The translations under genes and the position numbers were made by a program. Shown piece after piece: positions 49,982-64,000 of a stretch of DNA of 64,000 nt; the first letter of the stretch is position 1; every line of letters starts with the position of its first letter. Below the pieces are notes generated by a model. That model was not told the origin of the DNA, did no database searches, and saw only the letters and a program-made list of their open reading frames with translations. The stretch comes from Paragordius varius (Eukaryota; Animalia; Nematomorpha), in contig OZ176050.1 in NCBI GenBank assembly GCA_964247055.1, forward strand, positions 8,928,001-8,992,000, written 5' to 3'.

Positions 49982-52900
49982 ATGTCTAATTTATTAAAAG
50001 GCACTTCGGGACAAACTATTGTGGACAGGGTCACTGCTGCCAAACATACAATTTCTGGAGCAGGTCTAGCTAAATCGGTGTGTAAAGCCACCACTGAGGA
50101 AATTATTGCGCCTAAACGAAAACATTTGGAAGGTTTATTATATTAAAATAATATTTTTTTTAATTATAATTATTCATCATAGATTTAGTAAATTATACCA
50201 ATGAGCCGAATATTTCTATTCCTCAAATGGCTAATCATTTAATTGACAGATCCATGAACGGAAATTGGGTTGTTGTTTATAAATCATTAGTTACGGTTCA
50301 TCATTTAATGTGTTATGGTAATGAGGTATGTGCTGCTTTTACTAAAATATTTTTTAATTAAACTAACAAATCAATAATTTAGAGATTTACTCAATATTTG
50401 GCCACCAATAATTGTACCTTTCAACTAAATAATTTTATGGATCGTGCGACATCTTCTGGTAAGTTGTTTATTTTTTTTGATATATATAATATGCATTCCT
50501 CTATTTTTTCTTAAGGCTTTTAATGTGGTTTTTGTATGTGTCTGTTTTTGTCAATATTTATTTTTTCATACTCATTTATCATTTTATCATGCAATACAAT
50601 GGGATAAAGTGTATACTAACGCATTTATTTATTGTTAGATTTGGCAATTTATAGTATAAAAATGTTTTCTTTTTAATATTTTCTTAGAAGAATATAAAAC
50701 ATTTTTACATCATTTATATGATATAATTGCAATTTTACAATTGTGATTAGTACAAATTGGTACTTGTATATTATGTATGTATGTATTTAAATTAATATGT
50801 CACACACGTTATATAAAGAAATACACTCTGACAATCAAGTTTTAATGTAAATAACTTTTTTCAATTTTTTTCCCAATATTAGGTTAATATTGTCCATTTA
50901 TATAATTTTTTTATCTTTAAGTTGTTGATTTGAAATGGTTGTATTGACCAATTATCTTACAGGAACTTATTTTTTTCAATTCTAACATTTTTGACTTGGG
51001 TTTTAATAAATATGTGTGTGATATAGGATATGAAATGTCCGGATTTATAAAACGCTACTCAAATTATTTGAATGAAAAAGCTCTGGCTTACAGACATGTT
51101 GGCTTCGATTTTTGCAAAGTCAAACGCGGGTAATCTTAACACATTATTTTAATATAAATACATAAAAGTTATTTGTTAATTTAAATGCCGTTACACTTTG
51201 TGTCTAGTTTAATTTTATTAATTTATCGATTTTTAATATTTTTTTTGGTTTAGGAAAGAAGGTGTTTTACGGACGATGAATCCTGACAAGGTAAAGAATA
51301 TTTATACTAAAGCTTTATATGATTTTTAATAATTATATTTTTTTTCTAGTTACTTAAAACGTTGCCCATTTTGCAAAATCAATTGGATGCCCTTCTAAAT
51401 TTTAATGTAAGAATTTTTTACTATATGTTTTATGCATTGTTATTCAACAAAACTTATTTTTCTTAAAAAGGTTTCCATAAACACTATTTTACCCTTTAGC
51501 TTTTTTTGAATTTATAAGCTAATTTCGTTCAACAGTATCAAAGTAGTATTAAACAAAAATTATAGCAATTTTTTTATATTAAAAAATAGGCTTTAGCGTA
51601 ATGTTAGACATTAATTTATTTACATTATTGTATTTATAGTGTGCACCTGGTGACATAACTAACGCCATTGTTAACAATTGCTTTATCTTACTCTTTCGAG
51701 ATTTGGTACGTTTATTTGCTTGCTACAATGATGGAAATATGAATTTATTAGGTATATTATATTTACTTAAATTATATTGTTTTATATATATGTGATTTGT
51801 GCCTAAAAAGATTTTGTAAATTAACGATATGTTAAAAAGGCTTAAAATATATATAAACATATTAAAAACTTATTCTAATTGTTTAATATTATCTACCTAC
51901 ATGGGTGTCATCTAACAATAAAATGTTAGTCTTTATATTATTTCAAATTCAAAATTGACAAATAAATTAGTGTATTATCGTAAATTTTTATCTTAACTAT
52001 GTTTTATTTTTTCTAATATAAAATGGAGTTTGTGGTCAAACACTACTGATGTACAAAATAATATGGCATCTTTGACTTCATAAAAAGTTTCGCCGCTATA
52101 ATATTATGAATTTTTATAGAAATTTATTGGACTCTTAACAAAAAACAATGCAAGGAAGCTTTGGAGTTGTATAAAAATTTTATAAATCGCATGGATAAAG
52201 TTTCAGATTTTTTGCGATCTGCAGAGGTAAATTTTTTCTAAAACATATGTTTATAAAATTTGGACATCAATGTGTAACTAAATTTTTTATGCAATTTATT
52301 TTTTATATATTTTTAGGCTGCCGGAATTGATAAAAGCGACATACCTGATATAACCAAAGTATATACATAAGGCATTTTTAATTTGCAGACCCTTTATATT
52401 TATTTTAATAACTTGAGCCAATCATACTAATTTTGGTTTCTTCATAATTTTTGTTAATAAACAGCAAATTAATAAAATTATTCTTAATTACAGCCAAATC
52501 TCTATGAACTTATTAAAATATACATAACTCTAATTTTTTAATTACTACATTTTTATCCGATGGTTAATTTATTTTAATCAGATACCCACCAGCTTGCTGG
52601 ACTCAATGGAACAACATTTAGCATATGTGGAAAGTGCCGCAGTCGGTAAAAAAGACAAATCTAAAATTTCAACACAAATTACCACGCGTGAAAATGATGG
52701 GGTCGATAGGTAAATTTAATAAATTTAATTTTATCATAATGGAATGTGAAAGGTTATTATTTTGATGTTTTAACTTATATATATATATTAAAGAATAAGT
52801 ATTAATATACGAAAGTTATTTACCAAATTTATAGTTTCCAGGGTTAATTTAAAATAATGTTTTAAGTTAAGCTTTGAATGCGTCAACTGTATTTCATTAA

Positions 52901-55900
52901 TTTGGATAATATTTTTTAAATACTTAACTGTCATTTTGCCCAAAATAATCTTCTATTTTATATTAATTTTGAAGTCACACACGTCCAGCCAATTTCAATG
53001 ATATGTTTGCCGCATTGACTGATCACTCTCAAGCTTACAATGAAAGTTTGGCGCGCAAAGATAAAAGCGATGATCCTTATCACATGTTTGATTTTGGCGT
53101 TAAACGGTACACCGATTCTGAAAACCAAAGTATTTTATATTTTTATACAACTTAGCTATTTGGCGATTAATTGAAAATTTATATGGCGCTAAAATTATGT
53201 AGATCTTTTTAACCAAAGTTTTATTTCATTATATATATTAAAATATATAATTATAATTTATAGCGATCGGAAAACCTAGTCCATTAAACGATTTGGATGC
53301 CACAGAGGCCTTACGAGAAGAAGCTGAAAGATTGGAACAATATAAGGTTTATTTAACCCCAATGATTTTTTTTATTATTATAACCCACCTTGTAATGTTA
53401 CATAGGTAAAATGTGGAATTCTCTAATGCCTTGTATAAGCAGTTCAAAACATTTATTTGTGAGACCATTTCACACTAGGCATTCAATAATGGACTTGAGT
53501 GTGATATATAATCGTCTATATCTTAGGTCAGCTTTATTATAGGATGCCTGGATATCCGTAATAAACGTTTGATAAGCTTTGTTATGGGTGATATCATTTA
53601 GTAGGATTCGTTGCATTAACATTCGATTAAATTGATATATTTGAGTTTTTTACCGCTCTGAGCAGGCAGCTATGGGTTGTCATATATTTTTGTATTGATC
53701 TTTATATATAATTTTCCCGAGTTAGTACCAATATCATTTTATAATCAATTTATTATATTGTTAATAAAACTTGATGTCTTTTAATAATATTGATCGAAGA
53801 GTTATTACCGGTTAAGGTCTAATGTTACAGTAAAATCAAAATTATTGTTAATTAATTTTTTGTGTGGCCCTTTTTATATAATGACGCTTTTATATTATGA
53901 AAGTAATAGATAGTCGCAATTACATCTAACTTTCTTTTACTGTATATATACCATTTTTTCAGTCAAAAGCATATTTTCTAGACGCATTATTTTTTTATCT
54001 AAGCGTAAGACTTTTTAAAAATGTTGCGTTTGCTAAAAAATGTTACATTTACTCAAAAAATGTTGCTTTTGACTGAAAAATGGTATATTCACTCCTTTTG
54101 ATGTCTTTTTGCGTAAATGGTCTAGCAAGGCATATATTTTAGAATGAACAAAATATTTATTACTGTATTATATAAACAATAATGCCATATAAAATATCGG
54201 TAAATTTCTTTTATAACTGGCTGATGAGTAAAATAAATTAACACATTTGAAAATCCACATACTTTAACAACATCCTTAAACAAAATGTTTATTTTATCAA
54301 TTAACCTAGTCAAAAATATTTTAGTTATCATTTATTAAAGCAAATATATTTTTTCCAACAGATGAAGAAAATAGGAGGTGGGGTACCTCCGGCACGTCCA
54401 GCAACATCACCTAATATGAATGTCACCACCATAAGTAGCAATGTTAAATCAACACAAGATAATATTAAAAAACCGGCTGTTAATAACATTGCTGACACTC
54501 AGCAAAACAAAACGAAAGACACTAAAAGCGAAGCATCGATTGGAAAAACCAAACAACAACTACAACAGCAACCCATACCAGATATTTTTGATTCCCTGAT
54601 CTCACTTTCGTCGCCGCCCACGTCTGGCACCACAAGTTTTTTGATTGATTATTATTATTATTAGTATTCCTAAAATTTATTAAAATGTTTGACACGCAGA
54701 GAATTTAAATAACAGATTTTGGATAAAGTTACGTTCTTTATGAATGGACATTTATTAGAAAATTTTAATGAAAATTTAAAATTATATATAATTTTTTTAA
54801 TATCCCTTTAAATTTTCCCTATCTATAAGCAAAATAAGCCTTTGACTCGCTCATTCTTATTTTCGGAATTACTTTTTTTATTTTTTATAAATATGTTTAG
54901 GTTTATTTATCCATCCCAACAATATATATATATATATATATATTTTCTATTTTAGTGGTAAATGGAAACTCAATACAAACCACACAATCACTCATTACAG
55001 CTATTCAACAGTTATCAGCATCACATCATTCACAAATGGCTGGAAATCAGCAGTTTTTAACCCCGAATGGTTTTGCTTCCGGTATGTATTACATATTAAT
55101 TTAATCTCAAAAATTAAATTTTTCATATACCGTAAAAACTAAAAGGCATACTTTTTTAACCTTGATTTTTTTAAAAAACCTTTATGATTGTAACTGTGAA
55201 ATGTATTATAGATTATTTACTTTATTCCAGATCTTGCAACCCAAAACGACATAAGCTATATCAAATTTAAGCTTAATTATGGTTGTTTTTTACATATTTA
55301 ACTTTTAGTTTTATGTTTTGTCTTTATAATTTCATTTTTTTGCAAAATTAAGAACTTCATCCATTTTCAAAAGTTACTACTATCTCCAAAATATTTTCTT
55401 AAAAAGTGGCATTTTTATCTTCATGAATATATTACAATATGATGTAGGAACCGGAATCACAAATAATAACGCAAATTATTTTTCTTCTGGTGGGGCGGAT
55501 CCTTTTGAAAGAAACAATAAATATAACAATATGGTTGTCCCATCCCTGAGTGCAAATTTTTCAAGCATTACAACATCAGTGTTGTCTCCAAATACTATGG
55601 GTAACGCTAATGCTCCCATAATAAGCAAACCTATGGGAAAATCTTCACAAAGTCCAAACATAAATCCCACCGCTATCGTAAAAGGTGATTTAGATGGATC
55701 CTTGGCAAATTTGGCTGCTTCACTAAACATTGAAAGCAATGCGTCAAAAAAGTTTGATTTTAAACATTAAATTTATATGCGCATTTTGTATACTGTAAAT
55801 ATGTGTAAAAGTTTTTAAATGGCTCTGTTTATAATGGAACGTTTTTTTATTTGATAAAATATATTGTTTTTAACTTTTTATTACAGATCACCAAATAACC

Positions 55901-57461
55901 AATGGAAAATGCAATCGTCCTCTTCTCCTTATAAACAGGTTTATTTTATTTATTTGTTTAAAAAATTTGAATTTGTAGGTCTAATTACTGTTATTTATCA
56001 ATGGAAAAAAATTATTTAAAACACATTAAAAACGTCATCTTTCTATAAATTATTTACTTTTAATTTTTGATTAAACAAATAATATCCTTAACACTATTTA
56101 TTTCTCTCATTAATAATTTAAAGGTGAACAGAATAATTTTATTATGCAAAAACGCCAGAAATTTAATTTAAACATACACTTATATTAGAGTTAATAACAA
56201 TATATTTGTCAAAGACCAATTTTTGAAATGCGTTGATAATAAGTTTTGAGTATGGAAGGTAAGTTATAGGGTTTGCTTAAAAATTTATATTAGATTAGGG
56301 ATAATTTATATATTGATTGAAAAATATTGTTTTTCTTTAATATTCTTTGTATCACTGTGGTTATTTAATAATAAAATAGTGCAAATAATTTCAAACCATT
56401 AGTTTGGCGTCCCTATGCTAAATAGTATTATCACATAAATTCGATTTCGACAACTACTCATGTTTTAATAGAAAAATATATGTTTTCGACATTTTCCGAT
56501 TAATTTTTATGGTAATAAACGCCCATTTTGTTTTAGACTCCTATTAAAATATATTATATTGATTTTTATTATAGGTTGGTGTTGCCCCTTATCCCAACAA
56601 AGAAACAAATGGATCTGTGTTAAATCCATTTCAAAATGGAATAATACAGCCTATGGTCAATGGGATGGCTTCTACTGTAAATTTTTATATAATTGACATT
56701 TTTCTAACACTGTAGATTGATAGAATATTTTGCAAATTTTTACAGTCTTGTATATTTTTATTAAACTTCATAGAGTTTTTAAGAAACTCTTAAAACATTA
56801 AAATTGTGACGATGAAATTTAAATTGTATTTCTCGTTTTTAATAATTAAATTTAAGATTTTGAGGACAATATTATTTTTCGGTATTAACAATTTTATCCA
56901 ATTATCTTTAAGTTAATAATCATAATTCCACCATTTATATACAGTATTCAGGTCACAATGGCACTACTCAATCCAATCTAACAGCAAATTCGTTGAATCC
57001 TTTCCTTGAAACTGCCGTGAATTCATCAGTTAAAACCAATTCAGTTTTTCTCACAACACCTTCCCATAGCAATGGAAATTTAAATAGTAACAGCAACACA
57101 TTTCGAAAAAGTTCGCCTACACCCTTTGACAACATTCAGGTGAAACATAAATTACACATCAAGTACTATAAACTATTCACAGAAAATTATTATTATTTTT
57201 TTATTAGCTATTTTTAGGATAGATTAATAAAAATATAGTTTAAAATTATAATTTATAATTATTTTTTTTTAAATCATAATTAAGGTGCCTTGGTCAGAAT
57301 ACTTGAATAGCTTTCCTTCGGTCAATAAGAACGGGGAACTGACATCATCAAAAGACAATTTTGAAAATGTTAACTCTGTATCCGCAACGCTTAACAAAAA
57401 TCTTTTTATAAATACATCATCTAGTCATCAAACCATGCACGATGCTTTTGAAGCTTTTTAG
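49982..57461 (+). CDS. PICALM: PICALM/AP180 (SNAP91) clathrin assembly protein with ANTH domain
   Basis: [96 protein letters not shown] and [15 protein letters not shown], plus DPF/NPF motifs. About 20 GT-AG-bounded exons; TAG at 57459-57461. Confidence 0.95.
53951..54083. mobile_element. 133 bp MITE in a PICALM intron
   Basis: ~25 bp inverted repeat atataccattttttcagtcaaaagca / tgcttttgactgaaaaatggtatat (1 nt indel) with TA on both flanks; three internal aaaaatgtt motifs. Confidence 0.75.
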
Positions 57462-58473
57462 CCTCATATTGCGTTGTGCGACACGATAGACAATTTTAGG
57501 TATAAGGCGGCACACATTTTATACACTTTTAGTAAAATGCTTGAATATGGCTACTTTTATTGATAAACACTAATGTTAACAACTAATTTTTACGTAACTT
57601 TTAGTTGTCTTTTTTTTATTACTTTTAACAAAACTTAGCAACAACGGAATATAATTTTTTAAAATTGTTATTTTAACCACATAGATACATACATTTTTAA
57701 TGTAACTATTAACACTATAGTTGATGTGATTTTACATTTGACCAATGAAAATGCAACATATTCACACACATTGTTTTATATACTCTCTATCACAGAAGAA
57801 TGGCTAAAAAATCATCATGTGCTAATTATGCAATTATGATGTTTTGACAAATATTTTATGACTTAAAATTTTTCTTAATCATAATTAATTATAATCACAA
57901 TATACGACACGTTTACTATCACATCATATAACCATTTTTATGATGTAAAAATATTTTAAATATATATATCTATATATATATATATATATAATAAATTTAT
58001 TATTTTATTTTTGTATATATATATATATATAATGCAGAATATAATGTAAAAAAAAGTATAATAATAGTTATGGGGCAAACAAAACATTATTTTTTCACTG
58101 CCTATAACTTACTCATCCCTGTGGTGGAAGTATGTGAGATTATAGATCATGATGAAAAGATTTTGAGCAAATTAGAAAACTGCATCGCGAAAGGAAAGAT
58201 AAAATTAAGTTTTGTACTTCTCATACAAAACGTAATGTTTATCTTTGGTTAAATATACATACAATCATACCTACAAATATATTGTATACAATTAAAACTA
58301 TAAGATATAATAAATGATTTTTACCTGTAAACTGGTACTCCGGAAAAATGGATATATCTATATAATAAAAAGTAAAATAACCCTTAAATCATAAATAAAG
58401 GCTAGCTTAGGATACAATACTGGGAATAGAACTTGACCGTGATAAAATTGTGTTAATTATATAATCTGTGCAT

Positions 58474-61400
58474 CTAATTGTTAAAAAATGGTATTAAAAA
58501 TAGGTAATACGATATCTTTTTTGGTTTTATTTGATTTTGAGTATCATCCGGTTCCGAATGATGGCATAAAAGACTCTGAAGTACTTTGTCCAACCAAATG
58601 TAATACTCCGATTTAGGGTCCAAATATTTTTGATTCAATGATTGAAAGTTTCTGAGAATAGGCTTAAAAACATTGTATGATTTTCTACTATCACTAGATT
58701 CGCACATTAACAGCAATATGAAACAAAGTATGGCCGTAAAACATTCTTGCAGTAAGTAAAGATTAAAAAGGGAATAATCTTGTTCTCTTGCCGGGATAGA
58801 ATCATTCAATAAAGCCCACAATTTATTTATGTAGGCACTTATATCATAAGTGAAAGATTCAAAAAAATCATCTTTTTGGTCTTGAGCTAAATCTACGTTA
58901 TATTTTTTTCGTTTTAACTCTAGCAAAGCCAAATAATTACGTTGCCTAAAGTTTGTGAAAATAAGGTTTCTGCAAAGAGCTTCTTCATTAAGTGATCCAT
59001 TTTTGGGTAAGTTTATGTAAATTTCAACACTTTCCAACAATGTCGTTTTAAATTCATTCCATCCATCATCTATGAGAAGATGATCCTTATTTTGGTAAGT
59101 ATTGGTTGATGTTAGAGGTTGTCGCATGACCCAAGTTAATAAGTATAAATATAATTTTAGGACATCGTGAAAGTTGTGATCTTCCAAATTTTGATTCATA
59201 GCTTGTATCATAATTTTCCGATAAAATGTTTTAAAGAAATTGATAAATTTTTGGTGTTCATTGGATTGCACAACAGCATCCGTTTGGCCATACTTGCAAT
59301 TATGTTTAAGTGGGATAAATTGGGGTTCCATGGGAAGCTAATACAATGGTACGGTTTAAACATCATATTTTATTTGATATTATATACGCAAATGCTACAT
59401 GTTATACACAAAAAGAAAAAATAAATAAATTAAATATCATTTACACTTGAAATTCACCCTAAAAATTAGGTGTTTTTTTAGATTTAAAATTATATATATT
59501 TTTATTATATTTTAAAAAAATGAAATTTTGTTTTAAATTAAAAAAATACTAAAAATAATAAACTAAGCCATAAAGATAGATTTCATATTAATAATGAATT
59601 ATATTAGCCCGAAAACACATAATTTATTTTTAGGGTGAATTTGAAAGAAAATGATATATATAAATTTTTTTTCACATCTGCATTCCAAATTGGTCCCAAC
59701 AGTTGGCTTACATATTTAAAAATCGAATTATCTATTTTTGGGTAAAAATCACAATAATTTATAAATTTATTAATATAAAAATATTAAGGGACCAATTGGA
59801 AATACATAGGGGGATATACAGACTGTTTAAACAAATTCCGAAAAAATTTATTAATTACTTTGAATCGGGCACAATGGTGAATTAGACAGTTTATTGCATC
59901 TAATTGTTGTGAAAGAATATATTCCATGCTTTTATCAGAAGTTATACTCTTTATATGTAATGCATACGAATTAAACAATCCAAAATGAGCAACATAAAAA
60001 CATGCTAAAGCAAAATCACATAGATTTAAGCTCTTTATAAGCACAGATAATAAGGTTTCTATTTCATGGTTAGATTTTTTGACATCTATTTTACCGCTAG
60101 ACGTTTTATGTAATTTATGATCCTTTGAGTCAACAGAGTTTTTTGGAATGAAATAACTCAAAAGAATTTTCTATAAATGATTAAGAATATGTAACTACAG
60201 ACGTTAAATATTTTTCTAAGCCAAGGGTGTCCAACATGTGCCTTTGGTATATGATGTGCGGCCCGCGAAAATTTTAGACATCCATAATTTGCATAAACAT
60301 GCTCAAAACCTTATAGCAAATCTGAATAAGTCTATATAATTGACAATGAACTGGAAAAATATATTATGTTTGCATTTTACAGTCCTATGTTTGATAACTA
60401 ATAAATAATAGCCATTTTTTTCAAACGAGGGCCGTAGGTTTTTTTGACTCAAAAATAAGGCCGGCGAAGCTATGTGTTGGACACCCCTGTTCAAAATCAT
60501 GATACATATTAAAAAGATATGCTTTAATAATTACATTTTATGACATTAATAATAAAGTTACTTCTAAATTTGGGTAGGGAATTTTAAAGGACCAAACCAA
60601 CATAAAAATTAAGCGTAGATTTTTAGGCGATAATTTTATTGAAGTATATTCTTTGGAGCCATCACAAATTTTTTCTACTAGTTGGTACACAATGGCCATG
60701 TCGCTTTTATTATTATCATTGAGTGTTGAGGAAAACGCTAGAAACTATGAATCAAAATTATAAATAAATAAAATTACAAAGCCAATCTACCCATCTTCAA
60801 CGAAAAGGGTTTTTATAAAAATTTGTATTATAGGAATTAGAATTTAAAAACACTCCAAAATCTAAAAATATTTAAAAGTAGAAAGCAAAAAAATATATAT
60901 TGTTGAACATTAATATTTTGACAATTTTTTCGCTATATTTACCAAACTGAGATGATCAACAATTAGTTCAGATTGAGCCGTATGGTTTTGGTTTATCCAT
61001 TCTAACCCACCTTTAAAAAATTGGACTATGCTATCATTATGGATCCATTTCATATTTTCAAATGATTTTACGTGGCTGGTTAATATGGTTTGAATGATGA
61101 TTAAGTAACCATAAAATGAAAGCATTAAATACAAAGAGTACATATATTGAATGAAAGATAATTCATCATTTTTAACATCTACACCAATTTTTTTGCGATC
61201 AAAAAGCATTTTGAAAATTGTTTTCAAGGATGCATTTTGTTGCTGAATATTTGTCACTAAGAATGCAGCATGATTGTCATTAGGAGAATTTATTATACAA
61301 GCGAATCTTTCAATCAGGTTTAGCAGACTTTTTGCATTAGAAGTGTCATTATAGTGTTGTGCGTTAAATATTTGTATTCCGACACGAAATTTATTATCGG

Positions 61401-63850
61401 TCGCAAATGCGTTAAAACTAAAAATGATTTCGCACACAAAATTGATCATTGCATCCATTTTTTGCCCGTAATCTCGATGTGAAATAGTTTGAAGCATATT
61501 AATACATGATTTTAAATACGCACATATAATATTGCCATAAGTTATATATGGTTGACTAAGATATGCAGTATTCTCTGTTGATTTTTTTCCTTTATCAATG
61601 TAATATCTATCTTCTACGTAATAAGTTGTATCAGTAGAAACGTTTTTGGTGTCGATTGTCGGTTGATGTGCTTGTAATGTTTGTTTCAATATTTCTTCAT
61701 GGAAAAGCCAAACGGCAGGAATTAATTTAGTTTGAATTATTGTTTCGTTAGTTATTGTTGATAATGATTGTTCTAAACAAAGGCAAATATTTAAATGTAA
61801 AATTATGGCTAATATAATTGAAATAATATTTAATAATAAAAAAACTCACTTGTGTCATGAATTTTATGAATTTCGGATGGTTGAAATGATATATAGTGAG
61901 GATGAGTATCTATGATGACATTAAAAATGTTTATTGTAAAAGGCACATTCATAAAAATTTAACAACCTTATATAAATCAATTTTTTTCATACCGGGCTAG
62001 TTTTTAGCCTTAAACAATTTAAAACACTAATCATGGTGTTTTAACACCTGTTTTATATAATATAGGTTAAAACCCTGGTTGACTTTTTAGTTCTAAGACT
62101 TTTTAACATGGGTTACTTTTTTCATATTTATAAAACAGCAGGGATCTGATTTTACTTTTTCGTTTTAAAACCTTATTGATAATATAAAAATCATAGAGCT
62201 CATCTAATATAAATAACATTAGAAAACATTTCAAGATAAATTTTGTAAATGATTGTATCGTCCATTATAAAATTAATTACTTTTAATATGTTCATTGTAC
62301 TGCGATACGATAAGGATCAATAAATCATCGGGTGTTATTTTTCCTTCACACATACGTTTCCAATCGTTAATATAATTCTTCAAAATGAAATCTAAATAAA
62401 TTTGCGTTAATAAGCACATTTTTATAACTAATAGGACGTTTGTTCTAAATTAAACTAAAGACAAATAAATAAATACCTTTGGAATCGTCCATCGCTATAC
62501 CGTTAAAAAATGCCATGATGAATGTTTCAAAATCTATGGCCTGAGTAGCTTTAAAGATTTTGGAGTTTGTTCGATTTTTGACACTTTTCCTATTTATCTG
62601 TGCGGTTATTTTATTTGCAATCTTAGAATCTGATTGTTTAAATGTGTGAGATAATGACCAAATCTTTTTGTTACTGATCAAATCGTTAAAATTTTTGAAA
62701 CAATGAATGTGTTTACAAGAAGAATCCAAACATTTTCCTTGTAAAGCGTAAGGACACAAAAATTTATCATGATTTATAGTTCTTTTGGAATCAAGTGTGG
62801 TGTCATGTTTCTCATCACAAGATAAAAAACGGTATAAGGCCACAGATATGGGCAAACCATATTTTGAGCGGTAAAATGGAGATAATCTAATATAAAAGTA
62901 ATTTAATTATATTTGCTTTCATATATTTTATATAACATAAAGTTACAATTTACCTGTATTGATGGAAAACAGCCAAAGGATAATCATAATAAAATGGTTT
63001 AAGGCGAGATTTAACATGGTTTATGATAGAATTTGAGTGATTGTATTTAATAGGTTTGGTTTTCGAGGGCGGTATATCACAAAAATCGGTATTAAGATTA
63101 CAACATTGAGCATATTGAGGTATGGAGTATTGTGGTATAATTTCTTTTCTATTAATTGCATTCGGTAAATTGATTTTCTCTGAATCAAGTTTTTTTTGAT
63201 TCAAATCATATACATCCCTTGCAGTATCTTCCTTACAAATAATATCCGTAAAACTAATATAATCAACAGGTTTGAGTCTTATAATGAATGGCAATATTGG
63301 TGTTGAAACTTTGGCCTGAAAAAATGAAAAAATATATAAAGGGTTTTAATAAGATTTGGGTTAAAAATAATTAAATTACTTTTGGTTGATGTTTATTTGT
63401 TGTTGCGCCTTCATTTTTCTCATTATATTCAACGGGTTGTATAGGGTTTAATTTTTTGACTTTTTTATGGGGTAAGGGTACAACCTTTTTTACAATGTTA
63501 GGTTTTTCAATTTTATTGTCCTTGGAAACAGGTATTGACGCATTATTTAGTTTAAGTGGACTTTTAAGCATGTCTTTTGATTTTTCTAGTGTTGTTGTTA
63601 ATACCTTAGTTGTTAGTACAAGATTGGTTAGATTGGAATTACAAGTTTTAATCAAACCATTGGGCAATATATTTTTAGTTATGGTTATAGCTTCAGATTT
63701 TGGAATTGGTAACGGATTTGGTTGAGAATTATTCGGGGCGATTGGAGTTTTTTGATGTGCTGTATGCATCCGTTTAGCAAGGAGAATCGTTTGAAGTAAT
63801 TTGATTTCCTTTTCTTTTTGCGTGCCATACTCCTTATCAAGGACACATAT
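58474..63850 (-). CDS. ZFC3H1/Red1-like zinc-finger protein; 5' end lies beyond the window and the 3' end is uncertain (may extend to ~58150)
   Basis: Spliced YYDYPLAVFHQYR|LSPFYRSKYGLP...KFLCPYALQGKCLDSSCKHIH resembles the ZFC3H1 zf-C3H1 region. Long ORFs 63371-63769, 62950-63294, 62445-62855, 60910-61689, 59784-60161 and 58474-59331 join through phase-compatible GT-AG introns. Confidence 0.7.
59444..59646. mobile_element. MITE, same family as 674-875
   Basis: tta|cacttgaaattcaccctaaaaat ... atttttagggtgaatttgaa; intron of the ZFC3H1-like gene. Confidence 0.65.
60222..60489. mobile_element. 268 bp hAT-type MITE
   Basis: 15 bp TIR caagggtgtccaaca / tgttggacacccctg (1 mismatch); subterminal gcggcccgcg and ggccggc; degenerate 8 bp flanks ttctaagc / ttcaaaat. 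Confidence 0.75.
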
Positions 63851-64000
63851 CTGTACAATGTTAAAATAAAAATGGTGTTAGAAATCGTATTCTTAACAAA
63901 TTTTTTTTAAAAAACCAAAAAATTTCTAAATTTTTTATTTTCAAAAAATTGGTAAAATATTTAAAGAATAAGTCTACCATCGGACATAAAAAATAAAAAA

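Noticed and set aside
53400-53700. KMWNSL as a CR1/L2 LINE 3' remnant in a PICALM intron
   Set aside because: A single short motif with no further RT similarity recognised.
1-64000. Alternative genetic code or stop-codon readthrough to explain short ORFs
   Set aside because: Every in-frame stop inside a conserved domain falls within a GT-AG intron. The reconstructed genes end at standard stop codons (TAA or TAG).

Overview
Eukaryotic (animal) genomic DNA, very AT-rich (roughly three-quarters A+T by eye), with many 21-27 nt spliceosomal introns alongside kb-sized, transposon-filled introns. The taxon cannot be fixed from the sequence; this intron size class is reported for dicyemid mesozoans, so a reduced-genome parasitic animal is a reasonable guess only. 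Seven host genes were reconstructed by hand across GT-AG junctions: dishevelled (-), a NET1/ARHGEF3-type RhoGEF (+), an RPUSD2-type pseudouridine synthase (+), SLC30A9/ZnT9 (-), orthopedia (+), PICALM/AP180 (+) and a ZFC3H1-like gene (-, 5' end outside the window). An 8.6 kb transposon cluster (17.2-25.8 kb) holds a non-autonomous Helitron, a decayed hAT element with a nested MITE, and the most striking structure in the window. That structure is a ~3.9 kb imperfect palindrome. Its left half carries an apparently intact 8-intron Chapaev/CMC-like DDE transposase gene (554 aa), and its right half is an inverted pseudogene copy. The outer ~550 bp of the two arms are ~99% identical while the inner parts are strongly diverged, and the right arm ends 68 bp before the likely RPUSD2 start codon. 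No tRNA, rRNA or CRISPR array was recognised. All exon models are manual and untested by RNA data.
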